Shown: positions 17,859 to 27,101 of the stretch, piece after piece | Layout: every line of letters begins with the position of its first letter | Position numbering within the stretch: the first letter of the stretch is position 1 | Made by a program: the position numbers and the translations under genes | From: Occultella glacieicola | GTDB taxonomy: Bacteria; Actinomycetota; Actinomycetes; Actinomycetales; Beutenbergiaceae | Reading direction: 5' to 3' | DNA length: 64,000 nt | NCBI RefSeq assembly: GCF_004353825.1 | Contig: NZ_SMNA01000004.1 | Location: 62,001 to 126,000, forward strand | The notes under the pieces: generated by a model | What the model was told of the DNA's origin: nothing | Seen by the model: only the letters and a program-made list of their open reading frames with translations | Database searches by the model: none

Positions 17859-20771
17859 ATGACCGTCACCACGGAGTCCCTCGCTCAGGTGCGCCGTGCC
17901 GCCGGCCACCTGGCCTGGAGTGAGCGGGCCGCCGACCTGGCCGTCATGGCGCACGACGCCTCGCACTACCTGCTCCGCCCGCAGGCCGTCCTCACGCCCG
18001 CCTCCCTGCCCGAACTGGTCGCCGCCCTGGTGGCCGCGAACGGCGCCGGGCAGCCCGTCACGTTCCGCGCCGGCGGCACGTCGTTGTCCGGGCAGGCGGG
18101 CGGATCCGGGGTGCTCATCGACGTGCGCCGTCACCTCGCGCAGGTGGAGGTGCTCGACGGCGGAGCTCGGGTCCGGTGTGGACCGGGGGCCGTCCTCCGG
18201 CGCGTCAATGCGACGCTCGCCCGGTACGGGCGCAAGCTGGGACCCGATCCGGCCAGCGAGATCGCGTGCACGATCGGCGGCGTGGTCGCGAACAACTCCT
18301 CCGGGATGACCAGTTCGCTCACCGCCACCGCCTACCGGACGCTGCACTCGATGCAGTTCGTGCTGCCGTCCGGCACCACGATCGACACCGCCCACCCGGA
18401 TGCCGATGCCCGCCTGCGCGCCCTCGAACCCACTCTGCACGCCGGCCTGATCCGGCTCCGGGACACCGTCCGAGCGGACCCGCGGTTGCGCGAGATCATC
18501 ACCCACCAGTTCTCGATGAAGAACACGATGGGCTATGGCCTGAACGCCCTCCTCGACCACGACGAGCCCGCCGACATGCTCGCGCACCTGATGATCGGCT
18601 CCGAGGGCACGCTCGGGTACGTCGCGTCGGTGGTGCTGGACACGGTGCCGGTCCTGACTCGGGCCGCCACCACGCTGCTGGTCTTCGACTCCATCGAGCG
18701 GGCCACCGACGCCCTGCCCGCGCTCCTGTCTGCCGGCGCCCGTGCCGTCGAGCTGATGGATGCGGCGTCGCTGCGCGTGGCCCAGGCCGGCGGCGACGCC
18801 CCGGCCTCGATCGCGTCGATCCCGGTCCTCGACCACACGGCGCTGCTGGTGGAGTTCCAGGCCGCGGACGCTCCGGCGCTCGCGGCCCTCACCGACGCCG
18901 CGGACCCGGTGATCCGCGGCCTCGACCTGTCCGCCCCGGCCGCACTCACCCGGGATGCGACCGAGCGGGCCGGCCTGTGGGCCGTGCGCAAGGGGCTGTA
19001 CGCGACCGTCGCCGGCGCCCGCCCGCCGGGCACCACGAACCTGCTCGAGGACGTCGCGGTGCCGGCGGCGGTGCTCACCGAGACCGTCCGTGGGCTCGGC
19101 GCCCTGCTCGCTCGGCACGGCTACCACGATGCGGTCACGTTCGGGCACGCCCGGGACGCGAACCTGCACTTCATGATCAACCCGCGCCTGGACGACCCCC
19201 GCGAGGTCGCCACCTATGAGGCCTTCACCGAGGACCTCGTCGACCTGATCCTCGGCGCGAACGGCACCCTGAAGGCCGAGCACGGCACCGGCCGGATCAT
19301 GTCCGCCTACGTACGCCGCCAGTACGGCGACGAGCTCTACGAGGTGATGGCCGAACTCAAGCGGCTGTGTGACCCGCGCGGGATCCTCAACCCCGGCGTG
19401 GTCCTGGACGACGACCCGAGGGCGCACCTGGAGAACCTCAAGACCGTCATGGAGGTCGACCGCGCCGTCGACTCCTGCGTCGAGTGCGGCTTCTGCGAGC
19501 CTGGCTGCCCGTCGCGGAACACGACGACCACGCCGCGGCAGCGGATCATCCTGATGCGCGAGATCGCCGCCGCCGGACCTGAGCGCCGTGCCGAGCTCGA
19601 GGCCGCGTTCGACTACGACGCCGTGCAGACCTGCGCGGCGGACTCCCTCTGTGTCACCGCCTGCCCGGTGAGGATCGACACCGGCAAGGTGATGAAGTCC
19701 TTCCGGGCCGCCGGCCACGGTCGGACCGCCCAGCGAGCCGGTGCCGCCGCCACCGGTGCCTGGGGCCCGGCGACGACCGGCCTGCGCCTGGGTCTCGGCC
19801 TCGCGGGAGCCCTGCCGTCGGCGTTCCTCGCCGGCGCCACCTCCGCGGCCCGGACGGTGCTGCCCCACGAACTGGTGCCCCAGCTCGGGGCGGATCTGCC
19901 CGGCCCGGGCGCGGCCCGGTCGGGGCTGGCGGAGCTGCCCGCCGTGGTCGCCCCGCCGCCCGCGCATCCGTCCGGGGCCGGCGACGGCGGCCGCTCCGTT
20001 GCTGAGTCGCCGGACGTCGATCTGGTGTTCTTCCCGTCCTGCACGGGCGCCATGTTCGGCCCCGAGGGCGGCGGGGAGGGCGCCGCGGCGGCCTTCCTCA
20101 CGCTCTGCGGGCGGGCCGGGCTGCGGGCCGTCCTGCCCGACGGCGTCGATGGGCTGTGCTGCGGCACCCCGTGGGAGTCGAAGGGATTCGTGGACGGGCA
20201 GGCCGCGATGGCCGCCCGGGTGTTCGACGGGGTCTGGGCGGCCACCGACGACGGGCGTCGTCCGCTCGTCTGCGATGCGTCCTCGTGCACGCACGGCCTG
20301 GACACCCTGGCCGCGCACCTGGACCCGATGCGCGCGGCGAGGTGGGACACGCTCAGGGTGCTCGACACCGTCACCTACGTCCGCCGGGAGGTTCTGCCCC
20401 GGCTCGACGTGCCCACCGACCAACGGCTGTCGAGGCTCGCGGTGCACCCCACCTGCTCCACCGTGCACCTGGGCGCGACCGATGATCTCGTCGTCGTCGC
20501 CGGCGCGGTGGCCCGCGACGTGCGCGTCCCGGACACCTGGGGCTGCTGTGGCTTCGCCGGCGACCGCGGGCTCCTGCACCCCGAGCTGACCGCGGGCGCC
20601 ACCGAGGCCGAGGCGGCCGAACTCGCCGAGCTCGAGGCGACCGACGGGCCGTTCGCGGCCCATGCCTCCTGCAACCGCACCTGCGAGATGGGCATGACCC
20701 GGGCCACCGGCCGACCGTACCGGCACGTGCTCGAACTCCTGGAGGAGGTCTCCCGGCCGTCGATCTCCTAG
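17859..20771 (+). CDS. FAD- and Fe-S-binding oxidoreductase (Fe-S D-lactate dehydrogenase type)
   Basis: FRAGGTSLSGQ, GPDPAS, GSEGTL, KAEHGTG, two 4Fe-4S Cys motifs, CCG domains. Confidence 0.88.
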   Translation: MTVTTESLAQVRRAAGHLAWSERAADLAVMAHDASHYLLRPQAVLTPASLPELVAALVAANGAGQPVTFRAGGTSLSGQAGGSGVLIDVRRHLAQVEVLDGGARVRCGPGAVLRRVNATLARYGRKLGPDPASEIACTIGGVVANNSSGMTSSLTATAYRTLHSMQFVLPSGTTIDTAHPDADARLRALEPTLHAGLIRLRDTVRADPRLREIITHQFSMKNTMGYGLNALLDHDEPADMLAHLMIGSEGTLGYVASVVLDTVPVLTRAATTLLVFDSIERATDALPALLSAGARAVELMDAASLRVAQAGGDAPASIASIPVLDHTALLVEFQAADAPALAALTDAADPVIRGLDLSAPAALTRDATERAGLWAVRKGLYATVAGARPPGTTNLLEDVAVPAAVLTETVRGLGALLARHGYHDAVTFGHARDANLHFMINPRLDDPREVATYEAFTEDLVDLILGANGTLKAEHGTGRIMSAYVRRQYGDELYEVMAELKRLCDPRGILNPGVVLDDDPRAHLENLKTVMEVDRAVDSCVECGFCEPGCPSRNTTTTPRQRIILMREIAAAGPERRAELEAAFDYDAVQTCAADSLCVTACPVRIDTGKVMKSFRAAGHGRTAQRAGAAATGAWGPATTGLRLGLGLAGALPSAFLAGATSAARTVLPHELVPQLGADLPGPGAARSGLAELPAVVAPPPAHPSGAGDGGRSVAESPDVDLVFFPSCTGAMFGPEGGGEGAAAAFLTLCGRAGLRAVLPDGVDGLCCGTPWESKGFVDGQAAMAARVFDGVWAATDDGRRPLVCDASSCTHGLDTLAAHLDPMRAARWDTLRVLDTVTYVRREVLPRLDVPTDQRLSRLAVHPTCSTVHLGATDDLVVVAGAVARDVRVPDTWGCCGFAGDRGLLHPELTAGATEAEAAELAELEATDGPFAAHASCNRTCEMGMTRATGRPYRHVLELLEEVSRPSIS

Positions 20772-20861
20772 GTCGGCGTCCGGCCGGATGGGCGTAGCGG
20801 CGGCATCTCGTCGTGCGGACGGGCGCGGACCGCGGTTGGATGCCTGTGAAGGGAGATCGAC

Positions 20862-21413
20862 ATGGACACCTCGAGCATCATCTGGATCGTGGTCGCTGTG
20901 GTGGCGCTGCTCCTGATCGTCGCGATCGTGTGGGGCCTCACCGGCCGTAGCCGCAGGGAGCGAGCCCTGGCCCAGCAGCGCCACGAGGCCGCGGAGATCC
21001 GGCGTGACGGTGAGGCTGCGGCCCTGGAGGCCCAGCGCCGGGAGGCCGAGGTCTCCAGGTCGGCCGCCGACGCGAAGGAGCAGGAAGCGAACGCGGCCGT
21101 CGCGGAGGCGGAGGCGGCGAGTGCGGTCGCCGATGCCGAGCGTGCCCGAGTCGATGCCGAGACCCGCCGGCGCGAGTCGCAGGTCCGTGACGCCGACGCA
21201 CAGGCGGCCCGGGCCGAGGCCGACGAGCGGCTGCGCGAGGCCGACCGGGCCGATCCGGATGTGTCGGAAGGCCGGGCGGAAGCCCTGCGGTCGGCGGATC
21301 CGGACCCTGACGCCCGCGTCGCGGATCCGACGGCCGGGCGCAGCGCTCGCGATGTGGCCACCAAGGACGAGCCCGACGTCGAACCCCGCCGCACGGAACG
21401 CCCGCCGGCCTGA
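20862..21413 (+). CDS. membrane-anchored coiled-coil hypothetical protein
   Basis: N-terminal TM, A/E/R-rich helix, DPD motif; RBS GGGAG. Confidence 0.75.
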   Translation: MDTSSIIWIVVAVVALLLIVAIVWGLTGRSRRERALAQQRHEAAEIRRDGEAAALEAQRREAEVSRSAADAKEQEANAAVAEAEAASAVADAERARVDAETRRRESQVRDADAQAARAEADERLREADRADPDVSEGRAEALRSADPDPDARVADPTAGRSARDVATKDEPDVEPRRTERPPA

Positions 21414-21560
21414 CCTGACTGTGTCGTTCGACCCGGGGGTCGGGCGGAACGCCGGTGCCCCGCCCGGGTGCCCGATCGGGCTCCGGTCGCCGCCCTCGCC
21501 TCCCATAGCGTGCCGACTCGGCTCGACACCGTGACCTACGTCCGCCGGGAACTGGGGTCG

Positions 21561-22235
21561 ATGCGGCGCACTCTGGGGGCTCTCGCCTACCTTGCGGGCA
21601 TGCTCTATCCGGTGGTCGAGATCGTGGTGGCGCTTGCCTGGGCGGGCGGCTACAGCTGGTCGACGAACTTCATCAGTGACCTCGGCCTGACCCAGTGCGC
21701 GGACCTGACGCGAGGCAGCGTCTGCTCGCCGTGGCACCTGCTCTTCAACACTGCCCTGGTGCTCATGGGCGTCCTCATCGCGCTGGGATCGATCGCGCTC
21801 GCGCCCGTCCTCAGTCCCCGGTGGCGTGGGCCGGTGCTCGCGGTGGCTCTCGTGCACGCCGCAGGGGTGGCGATGGTCGGCCTGTTCCCAGGTTCGATCG
21901 TGGAGGCGATCGGCGGGGACACCCGACGGATGCTGTGGCACTCGGTCGGCACCCTGGCGGCGATCGGGGGTGGGCTTCTGCTGATGCTCCTCGCCGCCGT
22001 GGCGACCCGGCACATCTGGAGGGGGTACGCCCTCGCCTCCGCGGTGCTCGCCTGCCCGGGGCTGCTCGGTATCGCGATCGATACGCTCAACATCGCCACG
22101 GTCGGCCCTGGCACCGTCCAGCGACTGACGGTCTATGCGGTGATCGTGTGGCTGATGCTCACCGGCCTTTCGGTGCTCACCGGTCGGCCTCCGCTCCCCA
22201 GTGCTACCGCTGCCGCTCGTTCAGGTTCCGCCTGA
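21561..22235 (+). CDS. DUF998 family membrane protein
   Basis: YS...NFISDLG...C..CSPWH.LFN, VGLFP, H..G, G..QR. Confidence 0.8.
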   Translation: MRRTLGALAYLAGMLYPVVEIVVALAWAGGYSWSTNFISDLGLTQCADLTRGSVCSPWHLLFNTALVLMGVLIALGSIALAPVLSPRWRGPVLAVALVHAAGVAMVGLFPGSIVEAIGGDTRRMLWHSVGTLAAIGGGLLLMLLAAVATRHIWRGYALASAVLACPGLLGIAIDTLNIATVGPGTVQRLTVYAVIVWLMLTGLSVLTGRPPLPSATAAARSGSA

Positions 22236-22285
22236 GGCGCGCGGTATCTCGGGCGAGCCGTGGCCGGCCCGACCGTCGCGGTCGG

Positions 22286-22768
22286 TCACGGTTGCGGCGC
22301 ACGGAACCCGAACGTCATGATCGGGGTCATGCTGTCCGTGCGGATGGCCTCCAGGACGGTCCGTTCGTGCGGGACCACCGGGTCCGGCAGGGCATCGAGC
22401 GGGAACCAGGCCTGCTCGGCGGCCTTGTCCGCCTCCATCAGGCGCGGCTCGCCGGACCAGGTGTGGCAGGAGAAGAAGAAGTCGACGCGCTCGTCGATCG
22501 CGCGGCCGTTGCCGTGCGTGCGATGCATGGCGCACAGGGGCTCCAGGTCGGACTGGGCGATCGTGATCCCGAGTTCCTCCCGGGCTTCGCGCACCGCCGC
22601 GGCGTGCACCGACTCGTCGGCCTCGACGTGCCCGGCCGCGGCGTGGGCCCAGTGCTCGTCCATGTACCCGGTGCCCCGGCGCAGCGACAGCAGCACCTCC
22701 TCGCCGGCAGGGGCGGGGCGGCGGAGCAGGACGTAGGCGGCGGGCACCACCCGGAAGCGACCGGTCAC
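22286..22768 (-). CDS. NUDIX hydrolase
   Basis: Nudix box GHVEADES..AAVREAREELG. Confidence 0.9.
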   Translation of the reverse strand: MTGRFRVVPAAYVLLRRPAPAGEEVLLSLRRGTGYMDEHWAHAAAGHVEADESVHAAAVREAREELGITIAQSDLEPLCAMHRTHGNGRAIDERVDFFFSCHTWSGEPRLMEADKAAEQAWFPLDALPDPVVPHERTVLEAIRTDSMTPIMTFGFRAPQP

Positions 22769-22835
22769 GGGTTCACGGTAGCGGCGTTGTCATCGGGCAC
22801 TGCGCGGGGTGCCGTGGCCGGACGTCGGGCGCCCC

Positions 22836-23447
22836 TCACCCGCCATCGACCTGCCCTGCTCCCGGTTCGGGCTCGATGAGGGGCACGAACCGATAGGTGC
22901 CAGGTGCCTGCTCGGCGGACGGGACGCCATCGGCCATGGTCACGACCGTCATCCGGCCACGCACCGGGATCACCATGCGGCCGCCGTCGGCGAGTTGTTC
23001 GGCCAGGGCCCGGGGCACCGCGCGGGCCTCGGCCGAGACCAGGATCCGGTCGTACGGTGCGAGCCACGGCCAACCGAGCACGCCGTCGACCGCCAGGTGG
23101 ATCTGGGCCTGCGGCAGACCGGCCCGGGCGAGGTTCGAGCGCCCGAACTCGGCGAGCTCCGGCCGCAGTTCCACGCCGTCCACGCGACCGGTTGGCCCGA
23201 CGAGTCGGGCGAGCAGGGCGGTGGTCCACCCGGACCCGCTGCCGACGTCCAGCACGCGTTGTCCCGGTTCCATGGCAAGCAGTTCGAGCATGATCCGCAC
23301 CGTGGTCGGCTGGGAGCAGGTCTGACCGTCGGTCAGGTGCAGGGGCTGGTCCAGGGCGGTGTTGCGCCGTTGGCGCGGTGGGAGGAAATCGGCGCGCGAG
23401 ACCGACCGCATCGCAGCGGTGACCCTCGTGCACGCCGACGGTTCCAT
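22836..23447 (-). CDS. pcm: protein-L-isoaspartate O-methyltransferase family
   Basis: GQT.SQP, VLDVGSGSGW, APYDRI.VSA, QLADGGRMVIP, FVPL; start uncertain. Confidence 0.85.
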   Translation of the reverse strand: MEPSACTRVTAAMRSVSRADFLPPRQRRNTALDQPLHLTDGQTCSQPTTVRIMLELLAMEPGQRVLDVGSGSGWTTALLARLVGPTGRVDGVELRPELAEFGRSNLARAGLPQAQIHLAVDGVLGWPWLAPYDRILVSAEARAVPRALAEQLADGGRMVIPVRGRMTVVTMADGVPSAEQAPGTYRFVPLIEPEPGAGQVDGG

Positions 23448-23628
23448 CGAGCACCTGCTCCCGGTCGGATCAGGCCAGGTTAGCCCCGCTCGACCGACTC
23501 GGACCCTCGAGGCCCGGCCGGGCGGCCGAGCGAACGGGACCGTTGGGTCGAGGCCGGGCAGGCAGCGGGGGTGACATGGGACCACCCGAACGATAGGTTG
23601 TAACGATTCAGTTTCGTGACCCGATGAA

Positions 23629-26199
23629 GTGAGCCGAACGCCGATGGATGTCCTGCTGCCCTCGTTGCTGACCGATCTGACGGACCCGCCGGAGGACGCG
23701 CGCCCGATGGTGCGCTGGTGGTGGTTCGGGGGAGCCGTCACCGAGAGCGGGATCGACGATCAGCTCGGATCGATGGCGCGCAGCGGGCTCGGAGGTGTCG
23801 AACTCGCCTTCGTGTACCCGCTCGAGGTGGGGCCACAGCCCGGGTTCGGCTCGCCGGCGTTCGGGCGGCTGATCGGGTATGCCGCGCGCCGTGCCCGAGA
23901 TCTCGGCCTGCGTTTCGACCTGACGCTGGGCAGCGGCTGGTCGTTCGGCGGCGGGCACATCCCACCCGCGCACGCCGCGCAGCGGTTGCGTTGGGAGGAG
24001 CGGGCCGTCGGTCCGGGCGCGCAGCAGGTGTCGTTGCCGGGACGCTGGCCCGAGGACCGCCTGGTCGCGGCCTACCTCGCCGACGGTGTTCCCGAGGACA
24101 ACCCGCACGCCTATTCGCCCGCAGCGATCGACGGCGACATCGTGATCGTCCCGGCCGGAACCGGACCGCGGTCTTTGCTCGTCGCGACCTCCGGACCGAC
24201 CGGGCAGCAGGTCAAGCGGGCATCCGGCGGGGCCGAGGGGCCGGTGCTCGACCACTACTCGCGGGCGGCGACCGAGCACCACCTGAGCGCGCTCGCCGAC
24301 CCCCTGCTGGAGGCCGCGGGAGCCGAGCACGTGACCGCCGTCTTCTGCGACAGCCTGGAGGTCTACCAGGCCGACTGGACCCCGGCGATCGTCGAGGAGT
24401 TCCGGGCCAGGCGCGGCTACGACCCCCTGCCGCTGCTGTTCCACCTGCGCGGCGAGCGATCCGAGGGCGCGGACTTCCGCGCCGACTTCCATCGGACTCT
24501 CTCGGACCTCTACGAGGACCACTTCCTGGCCCCGCTGCACGCGTGGGCCCGAGGGCACGGGGTGCTCCTGCGCGTCCAGAGCTACGGGGCGCCGCCGGCT
24601 CGCGTCAGCAGCTACCGCAAGGTCGACCTGATCGAGGGCGAGGGTTGGGGCTGGCGCGGCATCCCGGAGACCAAGTGGGCGGCATCGGCGGCCCATCATC
24701 TCGGTGTCCCGGTGGTGTCGTCGGAGACCTGGACCTGGGTCAACTCGCCCTCGTTCCGGGCCCGACCCGTGGACCTCAAGGGCGAGGCGCACGAGCACCT
24801 GCTCTCCGGGATCAACCAGTTCATCGGCCACGGCTGGCCCTACTCGCCGCGGGATGCGGTCGAACCGGGATGGGCCTTCTACGCCGCCGGCGCGATCAGC
24901 GACCGCAACGCCTGGTGGTCCGCAGCGCCGGACCTGTTCGTCTATCTGCAACGCTTGTGCGCCCTCCTGCGGCGAGGTGAACACGTCGCCGACGTCGCCC
25001 TGTGGCTGCCGTACCAGGACACGTTCGCCGCCTTCGGCGTCGGCCGGCACCTCAACCTCTGGCGTGCGGCCACGGAACGCATCGGTGCCGCGGTTCCGGC
25101 CGCGCTGCGCGAGGCCGGCTACGACTTCGACGTCATCGACGAGCAGACCTCGGCGGACTCGATCCTGCGCCGGCACCGGGTGATCGTCGTCGCCGGCTCG
25201 GCGACCCTCCCCGAGGCGGATTCTCAACGGTTGCAGGAGCTGGCGCGGCGCGGGATCGCGGTCGTTGTCGTCGACGCCGAGGTGCTGCCCGAGGCGATCC
25301 ACGTCGCTATGAACGACATGAACGACACGAACGACACGAACGACACGAGTGGCCTGATCGCGGCCGTCGGCGCCGTCCTGGCCCCGGACGTCGTGGCGGA
25401 CGACGCCGAGGTGGCCGTGCTGCACCGTCGGCACGACGACGGGGAGCTGTACCTGGTCGTCAACACCGGTCCACGGCGCGTGGTCACCGCGGTCACACCC
25501 CGCACCGCGCACGCGTGCTGGCAGACCTGGAACGCCCATGACGGCTCGGCCGACGCGCCTCGCAGCGGTCCGATCCGTGCCGAACTGGGCCCGTACGAGG
25601 CGGTCGTGGTGGTGACGTCGCCACATCCGTGCGCCGCAGCGACGCCGGAGCCGGGGCCCGAGGCGCAGGCCGGGTCGGCCCCGATCCCGCTCCCCACGTG
25701 GGAGTTCACGGGGCCGGACCGGGCGGTGCGCGCCGTCACCCTGCCGCACGTCTGGGAGGAGGACGGGCTCGATGACGCCGTCGGGACCGGGACCTACGTC
25801 ACCACCGTGACGCTCGGCGAGGCGGTCCCGACGCGGCTCGTGCTCGATGCCTCCGCGCTGCTGATCCCGGCTCGCACCGCGTCGCGGTCGCAGTCGTACC
25901 AGGCCCTCGATCCCGCCCCGGTCGGGGTCGTCGCGACGGTTCGCGTGAACGGACAGGTGGCGGGCGTGCTCTGGGACCACCCGTTCGAGATCGGCGTCGG
26001 CCACCTGCTGCGACCGGGTCCGAACCGGATCGAGCTCGACGTGAGCGGCACCTCGGTTGCCGGGATGCGGTCGCCGCAGTGGCGGGCGGTGTACGAGTCG
26101 GCGGAGCGGGCGTACGGCCACCGCTTCACGATGCAGGAGATCGACCGCGCCTTCGAGCCGACCCGAACCGGGATCTTCGTGGTGCCGGCATTGCGCTGA
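23629..26199 (+). CDS. glycoside hydrolase, GH106 alpha-L-rhamnosidase-like
   Basis: ARPMVRWWW.G, G.GGVE, DLTLGSGW.FGG, FCDSLE, ASAAH.G..VSSETWT. Confidence 0.8.
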   Translation: MSRTPMDVLLPSLLTDLTDPPEDARPMVRWWWFGGAVTESGIDDQLGSMARSGLGGVELAFVYPLEVGPQPGFGSPAFGRLIGYAARRARDLGLRFDLTLGSGWSFGGGHIPPAHAAQRLRWEERAVGPGAQQVSLPGRWPEDRLVAAYLADGVPEDNPHAYSPAAIDGDIVIVPAGTGPRSLLVATSGPTGQQVKRASGGAEGPVLDHYSRAATEHHLSALADPLLEAAGAEHVTAVFCDSLEVYQADWTPAIVEEFRARRGYDPLPLLFHLRGERSEGADFRADFHRTLSDLYEDHFLAPLHAWARGHGVLLRVQSYGAPPARVSSYRKVDLIEGEGWGWRGIPETKWAASAAHHLGVPVVSSETWTWVNSPSFRARPVDLKGEAHEHLLSGINQFIGHGWPYSPRDAVEPGWAFYAAGAISDRNAWWSAAPDLFVYLQRLCALLRRGEHVADVALWLPYQDTFAAFGVGRHLNLWRAATERIGAAVPAALREAGYDFDVIDEQTSADSILRRHRVIVVAGSATLPEADSQRLQELARRGIAVVVVDAEVLPEAIHVAMNDMNDTNDTNDTSGLIAAVGAVLAPDVVADDAEVAVLHRRHDDGELYLVVNTGPRRVVTAVTPRTAHACWQTWNAHDGSADAPRSGPIRAELGPYEAVVVVTSPHPCAAATPEPGPEAQAGSAPIPLPTWEFTGPDRAVRAVTLPHVWEEDGLDDAVGTGTYVTTVTLGEAVPTRLVLDASALLIPARTASRSQSYQALDPAPVGVVATVRVNGQVAGVLWDHPFEIGVGHLLRPGPNRIELDVSGTSVAGMRSPQWRAVYESAERAYGHRFTMQEIDRAFEPTRTGIFVVPALR
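25312..25347 (+). repeat. in-frame 9-bp tandem repeat (NDM/NDT) inside the glycoside hydrolase
   Basis: aacgacatg followed by aacgacacg x3. Confidence 0.85.
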
Positions 26200-26269
26200 C
26201 CGCCTCGACCGACTGAGCCCGGACCGATCCCGGCCGCGGGGCCGCACCCGACCCGGCTCGGCCCCCAAC

Positions 26270-26743
26270 TCACCGAGCGTTCAGTGCCGCGCCCAGCGGC
26301 TCCCGTCGGCGCCAGACGATCAGGTGCGCGGTGGAGAACCGCCGCGAGCAGCGTCCGCAGGCCAGCGGCCGGCTGGGGCGCCGGAAGCGGCCATGCTCGT
26401 GCCCGGCCGGGCAGAGCCCGACCCAGGGGGCCGGCACCGCACCGGCACCGGCCGGCACGCAACGCTGCGCGCTGCAGCCGATCGACAGGGCGATCCGGCG
26501 CCACCGGGGCCCGTGACCGGCCCCGTGGCCGGCGAGCGCGTGCGCGATCTCGTGCAGCAGTGTGTCCCGCACCTGGTCCGGCGCATGCAACTCGGTCAGA
26601 TACCGGCTGATCGTGATCCGACGGCGGTCATACCGGCAGGCGCCGGCCCGGCGCTTGGCGTTGTCGAACCCGAAGGTCCAGCCGGTCAGGCCGTGCTCGG
26701 CCAGGAGTTCGTGAGCGAGGGCGTGGGCGTTCTGGAGGTCCAT
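26270..26743 (-). CDS. SprT-like zinc metallopeptidase
   Basis: RRAGAC, DTLLHEIAHAL, HG..W, C-terminal CP.GH..CxxC. Confidence 0.9.
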   Translation of the reverse strand: MDLQNAHALAHELLAEHGLTGWTFGFDNAKRRAGACRYDRRRITISRYLTELHAPDQVRDTLLHEIAHALAGHGAGHGPRWRRIALSIGCSAQRCVPAGAGAVPAPWVGLCPAGHEHGRFRRPSRPLACGRCSRRFSTAHLIVWRRREPLGAALNAR

Positions 26744-26823
26744 GACGATCCTCGTTCGTGCGAAGGGGCAGCTGGGACCCACGCTATGCGGGCCGTCCGA
26801 CATCGTGCATCCGACCTGTGGAA

Positions 26824-26894
26824 CGGCCAGTCACACCGGCCAGTCACACCGGCCAGTCACGCCGGCCAGTCACGCCGACCGGTCACGCCGGCCA
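26824..26894. repeat. intergenic 13-bp tandem repeat
   Basis: ccggccagtcac(a/g), about 5.5 copies. Confidence 0.9.
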
Positions 26895-27101
26895 CCGCGC
26901 GCTTGCCACGGGTGCCGGCCGCACGGGCCGGGGGAACTGCGCTCGACGATGCCGCGCCCGGGGAGGTCGCGCCGGATGTGTCGTGCGGACGGTGCGGTGC
27001 GGCCGGCGAGTCATCTCGCCGCGCCGTCCGGGGACCCCCGAGGTAGCGTCGATGACTCGTCCGCGAGTTCGTACGCGTCCCTCGAGGAGGAGGACCCGCC
27101 C

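Noticed and set aside
17736..22013. 1425-aa minus-strand ORF
   Set aside because: Antisense shadow of the Fe-S dehydrogenase and its neighbours; R/G/H-rich with no motifs, as expected in high-GC DNA
26824..26894. Possible CRISPR array (also 61452-61523 and 14928-15193)
   Set aside because: Units are contiguous or only two copies, with no regular unique spacers and no cas genes in the window
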